Shown here one piece after another: positions 13,247 through 27,290 of a DNA stretch of 64,000 bases; the first letter of the stretch is position 1; every line of letters begins with the position of its first letter. The notes below the pieces were generated by a model. It saw nothing but the letters and a program-made list of their open reading frames with translations. It was not told the origin of the DNA and did not search any database. The DNA is from Eledone cirrhosa (lineage: Eukaryota): assembly GCA_964016885.1 (NCBI GenBank), contig OZ024740.1, forward strand, positions 161,634,001-161,698,000. The letters run 5' to 3'. A program made the position numbers and the translations under genes.

Positions 13247-14591
13247 GTTTGAAATTTCTCAAATCTACTAAACTGGAAAAAAAAATAATGCTAGCATCTG
13301 CAGGAGCATAATTAAACTTACGACGGGTTGTTGCTTAGTACCTATGAAACCGAAATAAGCTCTGGTATGAAGAGTATCTAACTTTTGGGCAGACTTGAAC
13401 ATTTAGTCTTTTGATCTGTATATGAAAGAAGGGACGATGACGGTGGCTTTAGGATATGCACTATCATTTTGTTGTGATTGTTGTTTAACCACAGCTTAAC
13501 TCTAATTGATCAGACCCTCTGATCAAAAGAGTTTCAGCAGTGACCATCCCATTTTCTTTATTATTTTACGTGAGACGGTTTTTAAGACTCTCATTATCTA
13601 ATGTGTCCTTCCTCTCTTTACGATACTGGTATGTTATTCAAGAGTTTTGGTTGCTATTTCTGGTAGGTCGAGAGGATGGACATATTACTTTTTATTACTC
13701 CACGATCGATAAACTAAATACCAGACAAAAAATGAGATCGATTTAATCGACTAAATATTTCTCTTATAAACAAATAATTTTATGCTAATGAGATAAATTA
13801 ATATTCTGTTTGACTAAGGTCGGTAAGAACGTTGTGACAGTAGGATATTCAACTGTGTTCCGCCAATATCGGAACAATCTTTTTGCTTTGTAATTTACGT
13901 GAGATCGATCAAATTAAAATCTTTAATATTTTCATAGAATTGTTAGAGAGTTGGCAAAAGAATGTTGCGGTATTTGTTCCGGCCGGTGGGCTCTAATCTC
14001 GGAGGAGTCCCAGAAGCTAATTGGGGTTGCTTCCGAGGGTCCTCCTGGTAGTGAAAAGATCCACATAACAGTACAAGCTTCAGGGTCTCCATAATGTAGG
14101 TCCACCTCTTATTCTGATCCTTTAAGTTCTCACTTCCAAGCTCAACTATGCCTTTATTCATTTTAGGGTCGATAAAATAAAGTATTTCTGCAACAAAAAC
14201 AACAAACTGCAGTTAAAACTCTCGAACAAATTTATTTAGTAATGCTTCTGCTTTAAAAGCATATTAATGTATAATATATAACATAAGTATTACTATGAAG
14301 AGTAAACAACCCAGCTATTATTTGAAAAATATTTTTACCGGCGCAACTCAACAGAAGTCGATCTACTGTAGAATGAAAACATTCTCTGACTCCTTAAACT
14401 ACGGGAAGATAAAAACTTCGTGTAGTTTGATAAGAGTTAATGAAGCCTAGCAGCACCCTAAAACTTATACATGTTAATGACCTAAGAACTAAGACCAGCA
14501 GATTCAATAACTGAATTGAAAGAATGGCTCAACCATAAATCGTACATGCCTCGTGAAGACGCGTCTAGTTCGAAAATTACTGTAATTGTTT

Positions 14592-14786
14592 CAGACCTGT
14601 CAACTCTCCACGTCCGGCGGGGAGTTCGCCCACCCACTTTAGGGTGGGGGTAAGATGTCTTCTCTTGTGAAAATGGGTATAGCTTTCATTATGAAAAATC
14701 TCCCCATTTTACCTCATTTCTCCCCGTTTGTAGGCACTTTTTTTTCATGGTACTCACCGTTTGGGTTTTAGAGGTTGCCAGATCTG
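14592..14786 (-). mobile_element. Second copy of the same MITE
   Basis: CAGACCTGTCAAC...GTTGCCAGATCTG; body is the reverse complement of 13057-13246; TTGTTT on both flanks. Confidence 0.7.
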
Positions 14787-15179
14787 TTGTTTAGCCCTGA
14801 GTCACCCTTAAGCGTATAGGCCTATGATCAAAGGCGTTCCAGTCGTGGACCTTTTGTTTTTAATTCCTTAGACAGGAGATAGGGCAGCGTAAGTTACCCT
14901 TTTCAAATTCACAGGACACTGTAAGGATGGGAATGGGAAGAGGGGACATAGACTCAAATAGAAGCAGCGTGGATTTTGTTAAAGGCATGTGACAGCTAGT
15001 TGTATTAAGCTGTTCCAAAAATTATGTCAATCAGATGAGTAAGCAGAAGCAGTGGAACTGAGGGACGGGCAGGGAGGCCATAACGCCTCCCCCACCCCCA
15101 AATAATTATATTTTTCTCCCCACACTACCAAAACACATATCTATTTGTATATGCTACAATGTATCTACATGTTATGTAG

Positions 15180-15460
15180 AGACAGATGGGGAGCGATAGA
15201 TATAGATAAAGAGAAGGGGGAGAATTTGGTGGATAATTGATATTGAGAGGAAGGTTCGGAGAATGTGTTGTATATTAGATATAGAGAGAGGGAGAGTGTG
15301 ATATTGACGGATAGAGAGAGAGGGAATGAAAGAGAGTGTTGTATGATAGATATAGAGTGGGGGATAGTTTGGCGTTAATTGATATAGAGAGGGGTATTGG
15401 AAGAGAGTGTTGTATGGTAGAGATAGAGAGGGGGAGAGTTTGGGTTAATTGATATAGAGA
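15180..15460. repeat. Degenerate GATATAGAGAGGGG purine minisatellite, left part (continues at 21190-21712)
   Basis: Same degenerate unit on both sides of the LINE. Confidence 0.8.
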
Positions 15461-15706
15461 AAGATATATATTTCTATTTATTTGCCACCAGGGCATCAAA
15501 GATTGGGACAAATACAAAGGGGGGAGTTTACATACATTTAAAAAGACGTGTAAAAAACATATAACAAATTAAATTTAACAATCGATGTCCTCAATGGGGA
15601 GGGGCGTTGACATGGGTCGCACACACCCCCGAAAAAATCTGCAACCCTCCTCTTCAGGAGCACAAAGAGCGGGTGCTTCCTTCCTCTCCTCCTCCTTTTC
15701 CTCAAC

Positions 15707-18700
15707 CTACAGGCTGATATAGAGAGAAGGCCCATTCACTCGGGCCATTCTCGCTACTTTCACCCATCTTTCATAAAACTTGCTGAGGTAGAGCACCTCT
15801 CTCTCCATTCTGATCCTTCTTCTAAAGTGGTACTTGAAAAAAAAGACCAGTTGTTGGCCGGAGAGAAAGGTGTCTGACTTCAGCCCTTTCAACCTTGTCC
15901 ACCATACAACTTCTTTCGCCATGGCTATCACACAGAGGAAAACCGCCTCTCCTTCGTCTTTGAAAGGGGGAGGCGGTTTGATTGTGACAATGTTCTCGGT
16001 GGTCAACCGGATTGGTCCCACCCGCGGCAGTAGTCGTTCTACATAGCCCCACAGGTCAGCAACGCCCGGGCAGTGTACGAGTGCGTGTGCGACGGTTTCC
16101 TCGTCACGCACGCATGTTGGACAGATCTTCTTCGAGGGGTCCCGACCCGGGCGCCCGTGTCTGTAGAGCTTGTCCCTAACGGGTAGAGCTCTTCGGTAAC
16201 ATTGCCAAGCCAGGGACTTTTGGAAGTTGTCCATCGGTCCCGGGCCAAACGTCCTACCGAACAGACTGGCCAGCTCGTCTTCCTCCATGCCCAGAGCCTC
16301 TCTGAGAGCGTCGTCGCACTTACTGCGCACCAACCTTCTATAGAATGTTGAGGTTGAGTCTCCACTGATTGCCGTATCCGCTTGCCAGAGGGCCGTGAGC
16401 GCCTGGGCACATTCAATGTGCCAGTCGCCCACTTTTCTCGGTCTTTGCTTGACCCAGGATTGCAGCTCGGTGAGTGAGACGAGTCTCGGAAAGGCTCGCC
16501 TCACAAACAGGGCCCACACCGGCTGACCGGTGAGGAATACCTGGAGGTGCCGTAGCCTTAATGCGTGTCTACGCATCGTCAGCAACGGCATCCCCAGCCC
16601 TCCGTTCGAAGGGTGTTGACAGCAGATGGATCTTCTCACCAAAAGAGCCCGCTTCTTCCAAAGAAATCGGAAGAGCGCGCGCTCAATTTTGGCGAGTGTT
16701 TTCTCTGGGCAAGGCACGACGGTCAAGCGGTAGTAGATGACGGACGCTATATAAGCGTTCGCCACCTCCGCTCGACCTTTCAGGGATAGTTTGCACTCGG
16801 CCCACTTCTGGGCGAGTGCAAACACCTTGCCCGTTACCTCTTCCCAGTTTTTCTCCACCTGGAGGTCCGGTCCGAACCAGACCCCGAGCAGCTTCACCGG
16901 TCCCTCCGTCCAGCGTCCGACAATGCCGTCGGAGGGCATCGTTTTGCCCCTCCACGTCCCGGTTCAGCTTGGCTCCTGTGAACCTTTCATATTCCTCCAA
17001 TAAGGTGCCGATCTGCCCGATTTCCGAGGCGCACGACACCATTACTGTCACGTCATCGGCGTAGGCCGACACCGCTTTCCACAATCCCGGTTCCAAGGGG
17101 ATGCCCTGCAACAGCTCCAGCTTCCTCAGTAGTGGCTCGAGAGCCAGCACATACATGAGGGAGGAGAGAGGGCATCCCTGTCGAATGGATCGCGTGATTT
17201 GGAACGGCTCCGAGAGGTAGCCGTTCACCTTGACCCTCGAGCAGGTGTTATTGCTGTGCATTGCAGCAATCCAGCCCCTGAAAACGGGTCCGAAGCCTGC
17301 CGCCGCGAGCACCGCATCCAGGTACCGATGGTCAACCCTATCGAACGCTTTAGATTGATCCAAGTTGATCAGGGCCCCACCAAAGCCGGGTTCGTTCCCT
17401 ACCCTCTCTACGATGTATCGCATGAGGTGGAGGTTGTCGTGTATGGACCTGGACGGGATTGCGCATGTCTGCGCTTCTCCCACCAGGTTCCCGACGACAA
17501 GCGCCAACCTCTTCGCTAACACCTTGGCCAAAATCTTTAACTCTGTGTTTGGCAGAGTTATGGGCCTGAAGTTATCTATGTCATCCCCCTTGTTCTCGTC
17601 CTTCCTCACCAGCGTGACTACGCCCTTGGTCACAGAACTGGGAATTCTCCCGTTCTGTTGCCAGTTGCAGTAGACCGCCTCGAGGAGACCGGAGAACAAG
17701 CCCGGCATCGCTACATAAAGTTCGTATGGTAGACCATCGAGACCCGGAGATTTGCGTTTGCCGCATTGACTCAGCGCTTCCCCTATTTCAGCGGCTGAAA
17801 TCGGCCTCTCGCAGGACTTCGCCTCCCCGTCCGAGAGCCGCACCAGACCGTCGAGGTATTGACCGAAATCCATGGCCCCACCCGGCCCGCCGCCCCTCCC
17901 GAACAGTCGTGCAAAGCGCCGTTGAAAGGCCGCGCTCATACGCTCAGGTTCAAGGATCACGCGTCCATCCTGGTCCTTCAAAGACCGAATCGTGGACTTG
18001 TTTCTACTTTTTGCCTCTGTCACTCGGGCCCAGCTAACAGCTTTGGCTCCCTCGTTACCCAGAGCACGTATTTTACTCCTGACAACGCAGCCCTCGTGCT
18101 TCGCATCAAAGAACTGGTCTAGGGCCGTTCTTGACGCCAGCACGCCGGCCACGTTGCCACTCCTAATAGTCTCTTCTACTCTATTTGTTAATTCCCTTTC
18201 AGTTCTATTCCTATCTGATGCTAATTCCCGACTAAAACCTATCGATTCTATTCTAATTTCTCTCTTGAGAGAGCCCCACCACCTGTTGTTTACAATTGCC
18301 CCCGTCAAACGCTGCTTAACTAGTGTGCTATCCGCTTACTGTAAGCTTTGTTTGTCGGTAAAGACAAGTTTAGCTTCCAGTAACCGGGTCCCTGTCTATG
18401 AGTTCTATCAAGGTTGACCACTCCGGTCAACACCTTGTGATCCGAATAGTCAACCATGAACATTCGTGGACAGCTTAATATGTCCCTATCCTTATTTCTA
18501 ACTAGGAACCTATCTAGGTACGACCTGGATGTTCCGCTGCGATTACTCCACGTCCACCGTGGCACAGTCGAAAAATCCAGTCGATATCTATCGGCCAGAT
18601 CAAATCGGCCGATTAATCGTTTGAGGCTGTTAAACCCCCTCTATCGAGACATGCCCCTACATAGTCCCAACGTGCATCCAGGATACCATTCCAGTCCCCC

Positions 18701-19117
18701 ACTAAAAGCAAGGAGCGAGACGTTCCCAGGAAATTCTCCAGGCGTCGGAAGAAGTCCGGTCGCGGTGTCCCAGATGGGGCATACGCTGCCACCAGCCTGA
18801 AAGCTCCACCTTCACCACTGCCGACGTCTAAAACCACCAGTCGACCCTCCGGGTCCAGGTGTACCTTCTGTGTGGCAAGACCCAGGTATTTTCGCAGCAG
18901 AACGACAACCCCATCCCCCACCCCTCGGCTGACAGAGAGATGCGTAGATCTCAAAGTCGTCGAAGATGGGGGCCAGTTGGCGCTCGCTGCTGATCCTGGA
19001 CTCGCAAATAACCATTACATCCATTCTGTGCGACCTGAGGTCATTTAAGAGTTTGCCCTGTTTCCAGGACATCCCCAAGCCGCGTGCATTCACACATCCA
19101 ACTCTTATATTGGCCAT
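15707..19117 (-). pseudogene. LINE ORF2 (APE endonuclease, RT, C-terminal Cys-rich), frameshifted
   Basis: MANIRVGCVNARGL, GDWN, SYLDRF, SDHK; KSPGLDGLP, NFRPITL, DQSKAFDRV, RQGCPLS, AYADD; CPTC..ETVAH...C; split over about five ORFs. Confidence 0.92.
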
Positions 19118-19159
19118 GTTGGTGCTGAAGAGGTAAAAAGGAAGAGGAAAGGAAATTAC

Positions 19160-21002
19160 TTACCTCTTCGTCTCCTGGGGACCAGGCTGCACAATTTCCA
19201 TGGGAGTGTTGGAAGGGTTGTTTGGTCGGGTGGTGGTTTGTGGTGGGGTGAGGACATCAGTGTGTGGTGGGATTAGGGTGTTTGGTGGGGTGTGGGTGTC
19301 TGGTGTGGGGGTGGGGAAACATCTCAATAGGACGCTGTTATGTGGTTTGGTGCAGTTGGTCCCCACATGCATTGGATGGTTCTTTTTCAAAGTTACATAG
19401 GTTTCCGTTGGGACCCTAATCATCATTAGGTGCGGTTTATTCGCTGCGTAGGTGAAAGTGATCCCTTCGGTTTCCACCGAAGGGTTATTTTCTATCGCTT
19501 TCATCAACGTTTTATTGTTCTTGTTAATGTATGTATAGAGTTTTTGTTGTGTTGTGTTTGTTTTTGTTTGTTGTTCTTGCGCGTGTTTGCGTTTTGTAGT
19601 ACGTGTTATGTTTTGGGGAGGGGTGGGTTTTTTTATTTGTGATGTTTGTTCTGTTTGTGCTGGTGGTTGTGTGTTTGTGGCATTTTTGTTAATGTGGTGC
19701 CTTTTTTTTCCCTTTTCACCTGTTGAAAGGGTTCTCCCTCGTCGTCACTGGGTGACGTTGATACGGAGTCCTCTTCCGTGTTATTGGGGACGGGGTATAT
19801 TTTGGGGTTTTGTTGTGGTTGCTTTTGTATTTGTTTTAGGTGGGGAGGGGTTGGGTGGAACAGTGTTTTGTGTTGTTATTTTTCCGTGTTGTTGTGGTTG
19901 TTGTTGTTGTTGTTGTGGTGGTGGTGGTGGTGGTGGTGGTGATCGTGGTGGTCGTGGTGGTGGTTGTGTTGCTGTGTTCGGGGTTGGTAGGAGAGCCTTT
20001 TTTTTTTACTCGTTAATTGAGGACAGGCAGCCCTCAGGTGACCCCTGCTTAAGCAGTGGTAACATGACGGCCGTCTTCTCTCCACTGAAATGTTTATATA
20101 AGTTAGCCCGTCCAGAGGCACGCGTTGTGGGATATTCGCTATTCGTTCTGGGCTCATTTGTACCAGAACTTCTACGCTGGTCCCACCAAATACACCTCCG
20201 GAGGACTTTCCTATTGAAATTATCCTGTCTTCATCAAAGTCAATGATTCCACATAGTATCCACCAAATATTTACATTTGGTGTGATACTCATAATTTTTA
20301 TTCTTTGTGTCCTTTTTCCCCTGTATGTGGGGAAAAAGGTGAAGCGGGGGGACACAATGGGTGATACCGAGTATTTTTGTGCTGTTGACTGGTTATTCAT
20401 TAGCACCAAAATGCTACCAAACAGTTTTCCTTTTTGTATGAAGGTTATGTCCTTCATTGCATCTTTTAGAACCATCTAATTTTCATTTTGTGATAATTGA
20501 GCTGGTTTTCTTGTTTCGTTCGATATTGTCCTGAAAACCACAGTTTTCAGGATAGCCTCTCTACGTAATTCCTGTGGAGAATTGATGCTAAAAGCACCGT
20601 TTTCGCCAAAAGTCACGAATTGTTTTGCGTCTTGTAGTAGTTGTTTAGCATTTGTTATGTCAATTGGCGTGTATAGTTCGTTTTTTTTTACAGTCTGTGC
20701 GAACGTTATTTTGGTGTTGTTGTCTTTTTTGTTGCTGTTATTGTTGTCACTGTTTGTAATATTGTTCATGTTTTCCTTGGTGTTGCTATTGTTGCAGTTG
20801 TGGTTGTGGTGCTATTGTCATTGTTCTTGTTGTTGGTGCTGATATTATTTACCGGGTTTGGTTTCGTGGTTTCAATATTTTCAACGTTTTTCGATAATGC
20901 GAGGGGGGAAGGCTGCAAGCTTTGTACTCCTACCTTCCCTCCACCACTTTTCTTAGTGAACGTGGCACTCACGACAGTGTGCGAGGTTGAGATGGCATCC
21001 AT
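19160..21002 (-). pseudogene. LINE ORF1 (gag-like, CCHC knuckle), disrupted
   Basis: TFAQTVK motif, CYHCLSRGHLRAAC, low-complexity linkers; stop at 20476. Confidence 0.8.
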
Positions 21003-21189
21003 TGCTGACTACCAAGTCTACACAGTTTTGAGATGAAAATGAAAATGAAAATTAGTTGACTCAACGTCTGAAGGCCCAGCCAAGGGGTTAAACTAAACAA
21101 TGCTATTAAATTGAGCAATGAACTCACAGTTTTTTTGACAATAATCCGTAAAAACCCGGAGCGAAGTAATTCACGTCTATATCAAGTGG

Positions 21190-21712
21190 TAATTGATATA
21201 GAGAGGGGGTTTGGGAGAGTGTGCTTTATATTAGATATAGAGAGGAGGAGAGATTGATGTTTATTGATATAGAGAGGGGTATTGGAAGAGAGATCCGTGT
21301 AGTAGATATAGAGAGGGGGAGAGTTTGGTCGTAATTGATGTAGAGAGGGAGTTGGGAGAGAGTTCCGTGTATTAGATATAGAGAGGAGGAGAGTTTGATG
21401 TTAATTGATATAGAGATGGGGATTGAAAGAGAGTTCCATGTAGTAGATATATAGAGGGGGAGAATTTGGTGGTTGTAAATATACAGAGAGGGAAAATGGG
21501 AGAGTGCCGTGTAGTAGATATAGAGAGGGTGAAAGTTTAGGGGTGATTGATCTACAGGGGGAGCTTGGGAGAGATAAGTGTAGATATTTATAGAGAGTGA
21601 GAAAGTGTATTTGTCTTAGATATAGAGAGGGGCATAGTTTTGTTTTATTAGATACAGAGCGGGGGATTAAAAGAGAGTTTTGTGTGATAGACAAAGCGAG
21701 GAGAGTTTGGTG
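21190..21712. repeat. Degenerate purine minisatellite, right part
   Basis: Repeating GATATAGAGAGGGG..GAGAG units. Confidence 0.8.
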
Positions 21713-21934
21713 GCACTCTCTTGTCCCAGACAAGCCTGGTGGTCCCGTGAGTGCGCAGGTGAAACTTTAGAGTAACAAAGATCGCAATAGTCATATTAAA
21801 TGAATGTGTGTAGTGGGGGAGGGGGTGAATAATTCTGGTATAATACCAGTTTCTTACCAAATGCGAAGAAGCACGATATATTAACCCATTAGGAAAGGGC
21901 ACAAAACATAATTTTTTTTAAATTATATACATAC

Positions 21935-22164
21935 AGTGGCGGCGGAACTGGGAAGGGACTTGCTCCCCTCCAATAATTATATTTTCTCCCTAAACTACCA
22001 AAACACATGACTATTTGGATGTGCGCTACAATTTATGTACATGTTATGTTTATCGGATATCGAAGTTTTCTGACCATTTTAGAGTGCAAAAAGTTAAACT
22101 AATCACTACAACTAAATTGTCCAAATTTGGTCCGTCCAATTCAGAAATGCTTCCCCCGCCCCTA
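21935..22164 (+). mobile_element. Putative non-autonomous DNA transposon; partial copy at ~15045-15178
   Basis: CAGTGGCGGCGGAAC...GCTTCCCCCGCCCCTA imperfect TIRs; body similar to 15.1 kb. Confidence 0.4.
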
Positions 22165-22353
22165 GTAAGCCATGCTGGGAATTGAATTTAAAACACAAAA
22201 ATACCAGAAGTAGCACCGTTCTAACGATTCTGCCAATCTATCGCCCTAGACTGATACTTTATTTATCGATCTTCGTAAGATGAAAGGCAAAGTTAACCAT
22301 TCTAGGATTTGAACGGTGAACGCAATGAGTGTTAATACATACCGCAAATCATT

Positions 22354-22698
22354 TCCTCCGATATGTTAGAGGCGAAATCTCCCTCAAAACATAGCCTCCT
22401 CCGACACGTTAGAGGCGAAATCTCCCTCAAAACATAGCCACCTCCGACACGTTAGAAGCGAGATCTCCCTCAAAACATAGCCTCCTCCGATACGTTAGAG
22501 GCGAAATCTCCCTCAAAACATAGCCTCCTCCGATACGTTAGAGGCGAAATCTCCCTCAAAACATAGCCTCCTCCGATACGTTAGAGGCGAAATCTCCCTC
22601 AAAACATAGCCTCCTCCGACACGTTAGAGGCGAAATCTCCCTCAAAACATAGCCTCCTCCGACACGTTAGAGGCGAAATCTCCCTCAAAACATAGCCT
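22354..22698. repeat. 43-bp minisatellite, ~8 copies
   Basis: GTTAGAGGCGAAATCTCCCTCAAAACATAGCCTCCTCCGAYAC at 22365, 22408, 22451 ... 22666; no spacers. Confidence 0.95.
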
Positions 22699-25255
22699 AA
22701 AGATTTATATTATGATATATCAGATAATGTAGTTCCTGATAAATAAAAGGACATGATGGTCGTGGCTAGAACACATTTCATCATAAGTTTACTGAACCTA
22801 GGATGCTATAGTAAAGACAGGTGATCTTGAAAATTCCTTGAAAGCGAAATTTAAATTCAGAAGAAATAACAGTTGTACTCGTATATGCTAAGTGACAAGG
22901 GAAATAACTCTTTGTATATTTTTAAGAGTTATCTACCATGTTTATTAAACGCAAGCCGACTGTACAATAAGTTATATCGTATTTTTCCTCAATGCATAAT
23001 TATTTCTAGTTAACTTCATTAAATATAGTAGCAGAAAAACCACCCTTCGGGTGGTTTTCTGCTAGCTTGTGTAGTGTGTATATGCAGATATATATACATG
23101 TAGATATGATACATCAAATAAAATCGGAATTGACAATATATAATACATAGAAATTGAACGAAATCTGCGTTACACTGTCTTATGTAATCAGTAACGTAAT
23201 CCATGATACATTAAAAAAGACGATATTATATATAAACTGCATTAGGAGAAAATTAGTGATGGAAAATAACCGGAAGTGTTGACATTTCAGAAATTTTAAA
23301 GAAGTGAATCTTTAAATAAACAAAATATATTTAATGAACAGCAACGAAATTTAGTAGATAAATTATGTAATATTCATTCATTATTTATTTAAAGTAATCC
23401 AACTTATTTTACTAACGGGATAAAAAAAAATAAACCGTACTCAATCCCGCAGACCTTCCTTTATAGTTTAGATTAACAATAACTTAACTATTGTTTGTTT
23501 GTTTTTATATACCAAAGGCATCACTGACTTATTTCTTCTAAACAATGCTTTGTTTAAACCAACCAACTTATATCTTCTACAGTTACTTGCTTCTACAGTT
23601 ACACATTATTTCATCAATAAAATAAAGCACCAGTATTGCACTGGTATAGTTGCTGGCCTTGTGCTAAAAGTAGAAACAATTCTTTCATCAATGATGATGA
23701 TGGATCCTCCGTCGACTTTGACAACGAGCATTCAATGTTCGATCAACTGAACATCTAGTTAGTGAATTAACGTATACATGGTTGAATATTCCATCGACAT
23801 TTCTACTCCTAGTGTAATTTTTAGGTAGAATCAGTGACAATGTGACAATGCTTAGTTTTCACACATTTACCTAATTTCAGCTCCTTATTCTTCTGTGATA
23901 CTAGAGCCCTTGCCTTTCCCTTCCTTTTCCGTTTTTATATATATAATTTTTCTTATTTTATTTCCCATTCTTTCTTCACAATCTAAATTTTTTTTTTTAT
24001 ATTAAATTGTTTTTAAACATCAATTTAAAACAAGACTTGTTCAAGATGCCACTCAGTGGGATCGAACACAAAAGTTGCAGATTGCGAAGCGACCTTCTTA
24101 ACCACAAAACCATGCCTACTTCAGTAAGTACACTCAAATCTGTACTTCGCTGATATGGTGATAATAATACCGAAACCTGTCTGCTGTTATTTCCCGTATT
24201 TATGGGGGAAAAGAAACTATTTTTAATGGGGTCACTCGATCTGTTAGAAATAGCAACCAAATCTACTTTCAATTACACATTATCATATTAATAACGGAGT
24301 TATCTTAGATACGCCATGAGTGATGGACCTTCATCGGTTTCGACGAGGAGTGTTCCAGTTGATTCATTAAGGAAACAACCTGTTCATGAACTTACTGGCT
24401 GAGCATTCTAGAGTTACGTCTAGCCATAACATAATCCTCGGGGAGATTCAGCTTTACATGGCATATGACAAGGTTGACTCTTTGAATTACAGATACAATC
24501 TATCAGACGGGCTTCTACACAATTTCACTCACAATGCAAGTGTCTAACAGAAGTTATAGTAAATGACATTTGTCCAGGAATCCATGCAGTAGGATCGAAC
24601 CTGGGAACTAATGATTGCGAGGTGAACTCCGTAACCGTTCCGCCCAGTGAAATGACAAACGCATTGGAGCGATGGGCAAATTAAAAATGCTTTGTCTCAT
24701 TTTAATCTGACACTTGGAATTCTGAGATCAAATCATGCTGAAGTCAACTAACTTTATTTTTCATCCTTTCGAGGTCATTATATAAAAATTGTTACCTTTC
24801 ATTCTGCCGTAGTCGATAAAATATCACTCCAGTACCAGGATCGATTCTTTCTCTACATCGTTTTCTCGCTTCCGTTTCATCATTCTCTCCTTCTCTAGAA
24901 GATTTCAACGCTTATACGACTCCACCAGGATTTATAGGTCTATACATATATACGCAGTACGAGTTTAGGGCGGTTGACGAACAGAATAATTAGAGTGTCT
25001 AGTAGTATTTCTTCCGCTTCTTTATACTCTGATTTCTAATACCACTGTCCCTTACCAGCAACCATGGAAGTGATTGCCACTCCACCGCCACAATATATAA
25101 CATTAGAGATCTGTGTTATCTAATCTGAGTTCAAATCACTTTTTCTTCTTTCTTTCGTTTTCGTCTTTTTTCTACTTCTACTCCTCCTCGGATTGTACGT
25201 AAAATTCCTTCGAACACACACACACACACACACACGTGTGCATTATCTATATATA

Positions 25256-25370
25256 GAGTTCAAATCCCGCCGAGGTTAACTTTGCCTTTCATCCTTACGG
25301 GGTCGATAAAATAAAGTACCAGTAATGCACTGGGTAATTGCTGGCCTTGTGCCGAAAGTAGAAACAATTA
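25256..25370 (+). mobile_element. Partial Deu/Nin-like SINE
   Basis: B box GAGTTCAAATCCC plus the same central domain. Confidence 0.8.
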
Positions 25371-25717
25371 TCTATATATATTTCCCGATGTCATGGATGC
25401 TCCCCATTTTGATTAGATACATTTTGAAAATTTAGGTCTGGGCTTATAACTAACGCAGCATTCAGCCTCAAAGACATATTCCATGTATGTGTAATTTCAA
25501 ATATAATGAAATGAGATGCGTGAATGTGCTTTACCTAGTAATTAGAATGATCCTAAGGTCTTGGGTTCGGTTCCAGAACCGGGAAGCATGTTGTGTCCAT
25601 GAAGAAGACGCTTCATTTCACGTTAGCTTTCATAAGACTGGGGTTGATACCATTAAAATACCGAAGGCCTGCTAAATATATTTAGTTCTGAAATGTAAAT
25701 TTTAATATTTCATTTCC

Positions 25718-25770
<53 letters not shown>

Positions 25771-25772
25771 GG

Positions 25773-25831
<59 letters not shown>

Positions 25832-25835
<4 letters not shown>

Positions 25836-25924
25836 GGCTTCTACAGGACTAGAACTGTTATACTCGAAGGAAATCATCAGGGAAGCTGACTGTAATTAAG
25901 TACCTTACTTACTGTGGTTACCCC
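25832..25924 (-). mobile_element. pLTR-like fragment with degenerate HHR (same family as 59030-59120)
   Basis: Reverse complement GCTTCC-CTGATGA-T-TTC..GAG-T-ATAACAG..CTGT-A-GAAGC. Confidence 0.55.
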
Positions 25925-26204
25925 CGAGTCAACCCAGGGCGGACACACACACTCACACACACATATATATATATAGGATTTACGCATAATTATACAGAAG
26001 GACAGTAGTCAGACATTAACAGAATGAATACTCAATACATATAGTTAGAACATAGATTTTATTTTACAAAGAAAAGTGGTTTGACAATCATTTCAAAGTT
26101 ATGCCTGTAATTTGCCTTATCTGACTGTAGACGCAGTGCAGGCAAATTATTGCTGACACTTAGAAGTCGCAATCAGTTTTTTTTATATAAAATATACATA
26201 CATT

Positions 26205-26268
<64 letters not shown>

Positions 26269-26281
26269 CATATATATACAT

Positions 26282-26399
<118 letters not shown>

Positions 26400-27014
26400 A
26401 TTTTATATTAAAAAAAAATATATATATAATAAAAATGAAAGCAACAGTGACCGGTAAATCGATTTTAAGATTAATATATTCAAAAGAAATATACAATTAT
26501 GTTTTAACACATAATGATCGATTGGATAATATAACTACGTAAATTATATACATAGACAGAAAACTTCCGCAAGAAATATAACAGAAAAGTTTGGAGACAA
26601 GTTTATATGACGACATTTTATTGATTGCAGATTTAAGAGGCCCACCATTTCATTAAGACATTCCCTTCACAATCACGTAACTGCGAATTCGATCCCTCTG
26701 CACACCGCTTTGGACAAGTATTACGACCCAAGCATTCGTAGTACTTATAAGCATATCAACGTTTATCCGACTCGAAACAGTGCATCCGCGTCTTAAACAA
26801 AGGTTGCATACAGATAACGGTTGCAGACTTATGAAGCAGATAATATTAGCCAACCCTAAACCTAACAGCAGATATAATATATACTAAGAACAGATAATAG
26901 TTCGGTATGTGAGGAGCAAATATCAACTCATATATTAAGTCAGCGTTAAGAGTAAATTGGTTAAGTGGAAATTATGTGGAAACACGTAAAATAGACTGAA
27001 CCTGACCTTGAATC

Positions 27015-27290
27015 ATATTTTTTCACGCTTAGAGTTGCTGAAGCATGGAACAAACTGCCTGCGTCAGTTGTTAGCTGCCGAGACACTGCATAATTTAAAA
27101 CCCTCATGCCTCCCGAAATTCGCCAAAACTACACCTGATGTCCCCCTTCCATACACACATGTGTATATCATGACTCATGCACTGTTCATTTTCCTGACGT
27201 TTGTACATTATCCTATGTACTATACATACACTTTTGATGAGTTGTAGTGCACCTGAGCACTGTACACAATATTTTCATTATTATTTTATA
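27015..27290 (+). pseudogene. CR1/L2-like LINE 3' end
   Basis: FFTLRVAEAWNKLPASVV motif typical of the CR1-group ORF2 C-terminus, followed by a UTR and ATT-rich tail. Confidence 0.7.

Larger units (their letters stand above)
15461..21189 (-). mobile_element. Full-length decayed Tx1/L1-clade LINE (copy A)
   Basis: ORF1+ORF2 layout, AATAAA near the 3' end; candidate 15-bp TSD TAATTGATATAGAGA at 15446-15460 and 21190-21204 (ambiguous because the target is repetitive). Confidence 0.9.

Noticed and set aside
22354-22698. CRISPR array
   Set aside because: Units are contiguous with no unique spacers, there are no cas genes, and the context is eukaryotic.
23029-23065. Rho-independent terminator
   Set aside because: No bacterial gene context.
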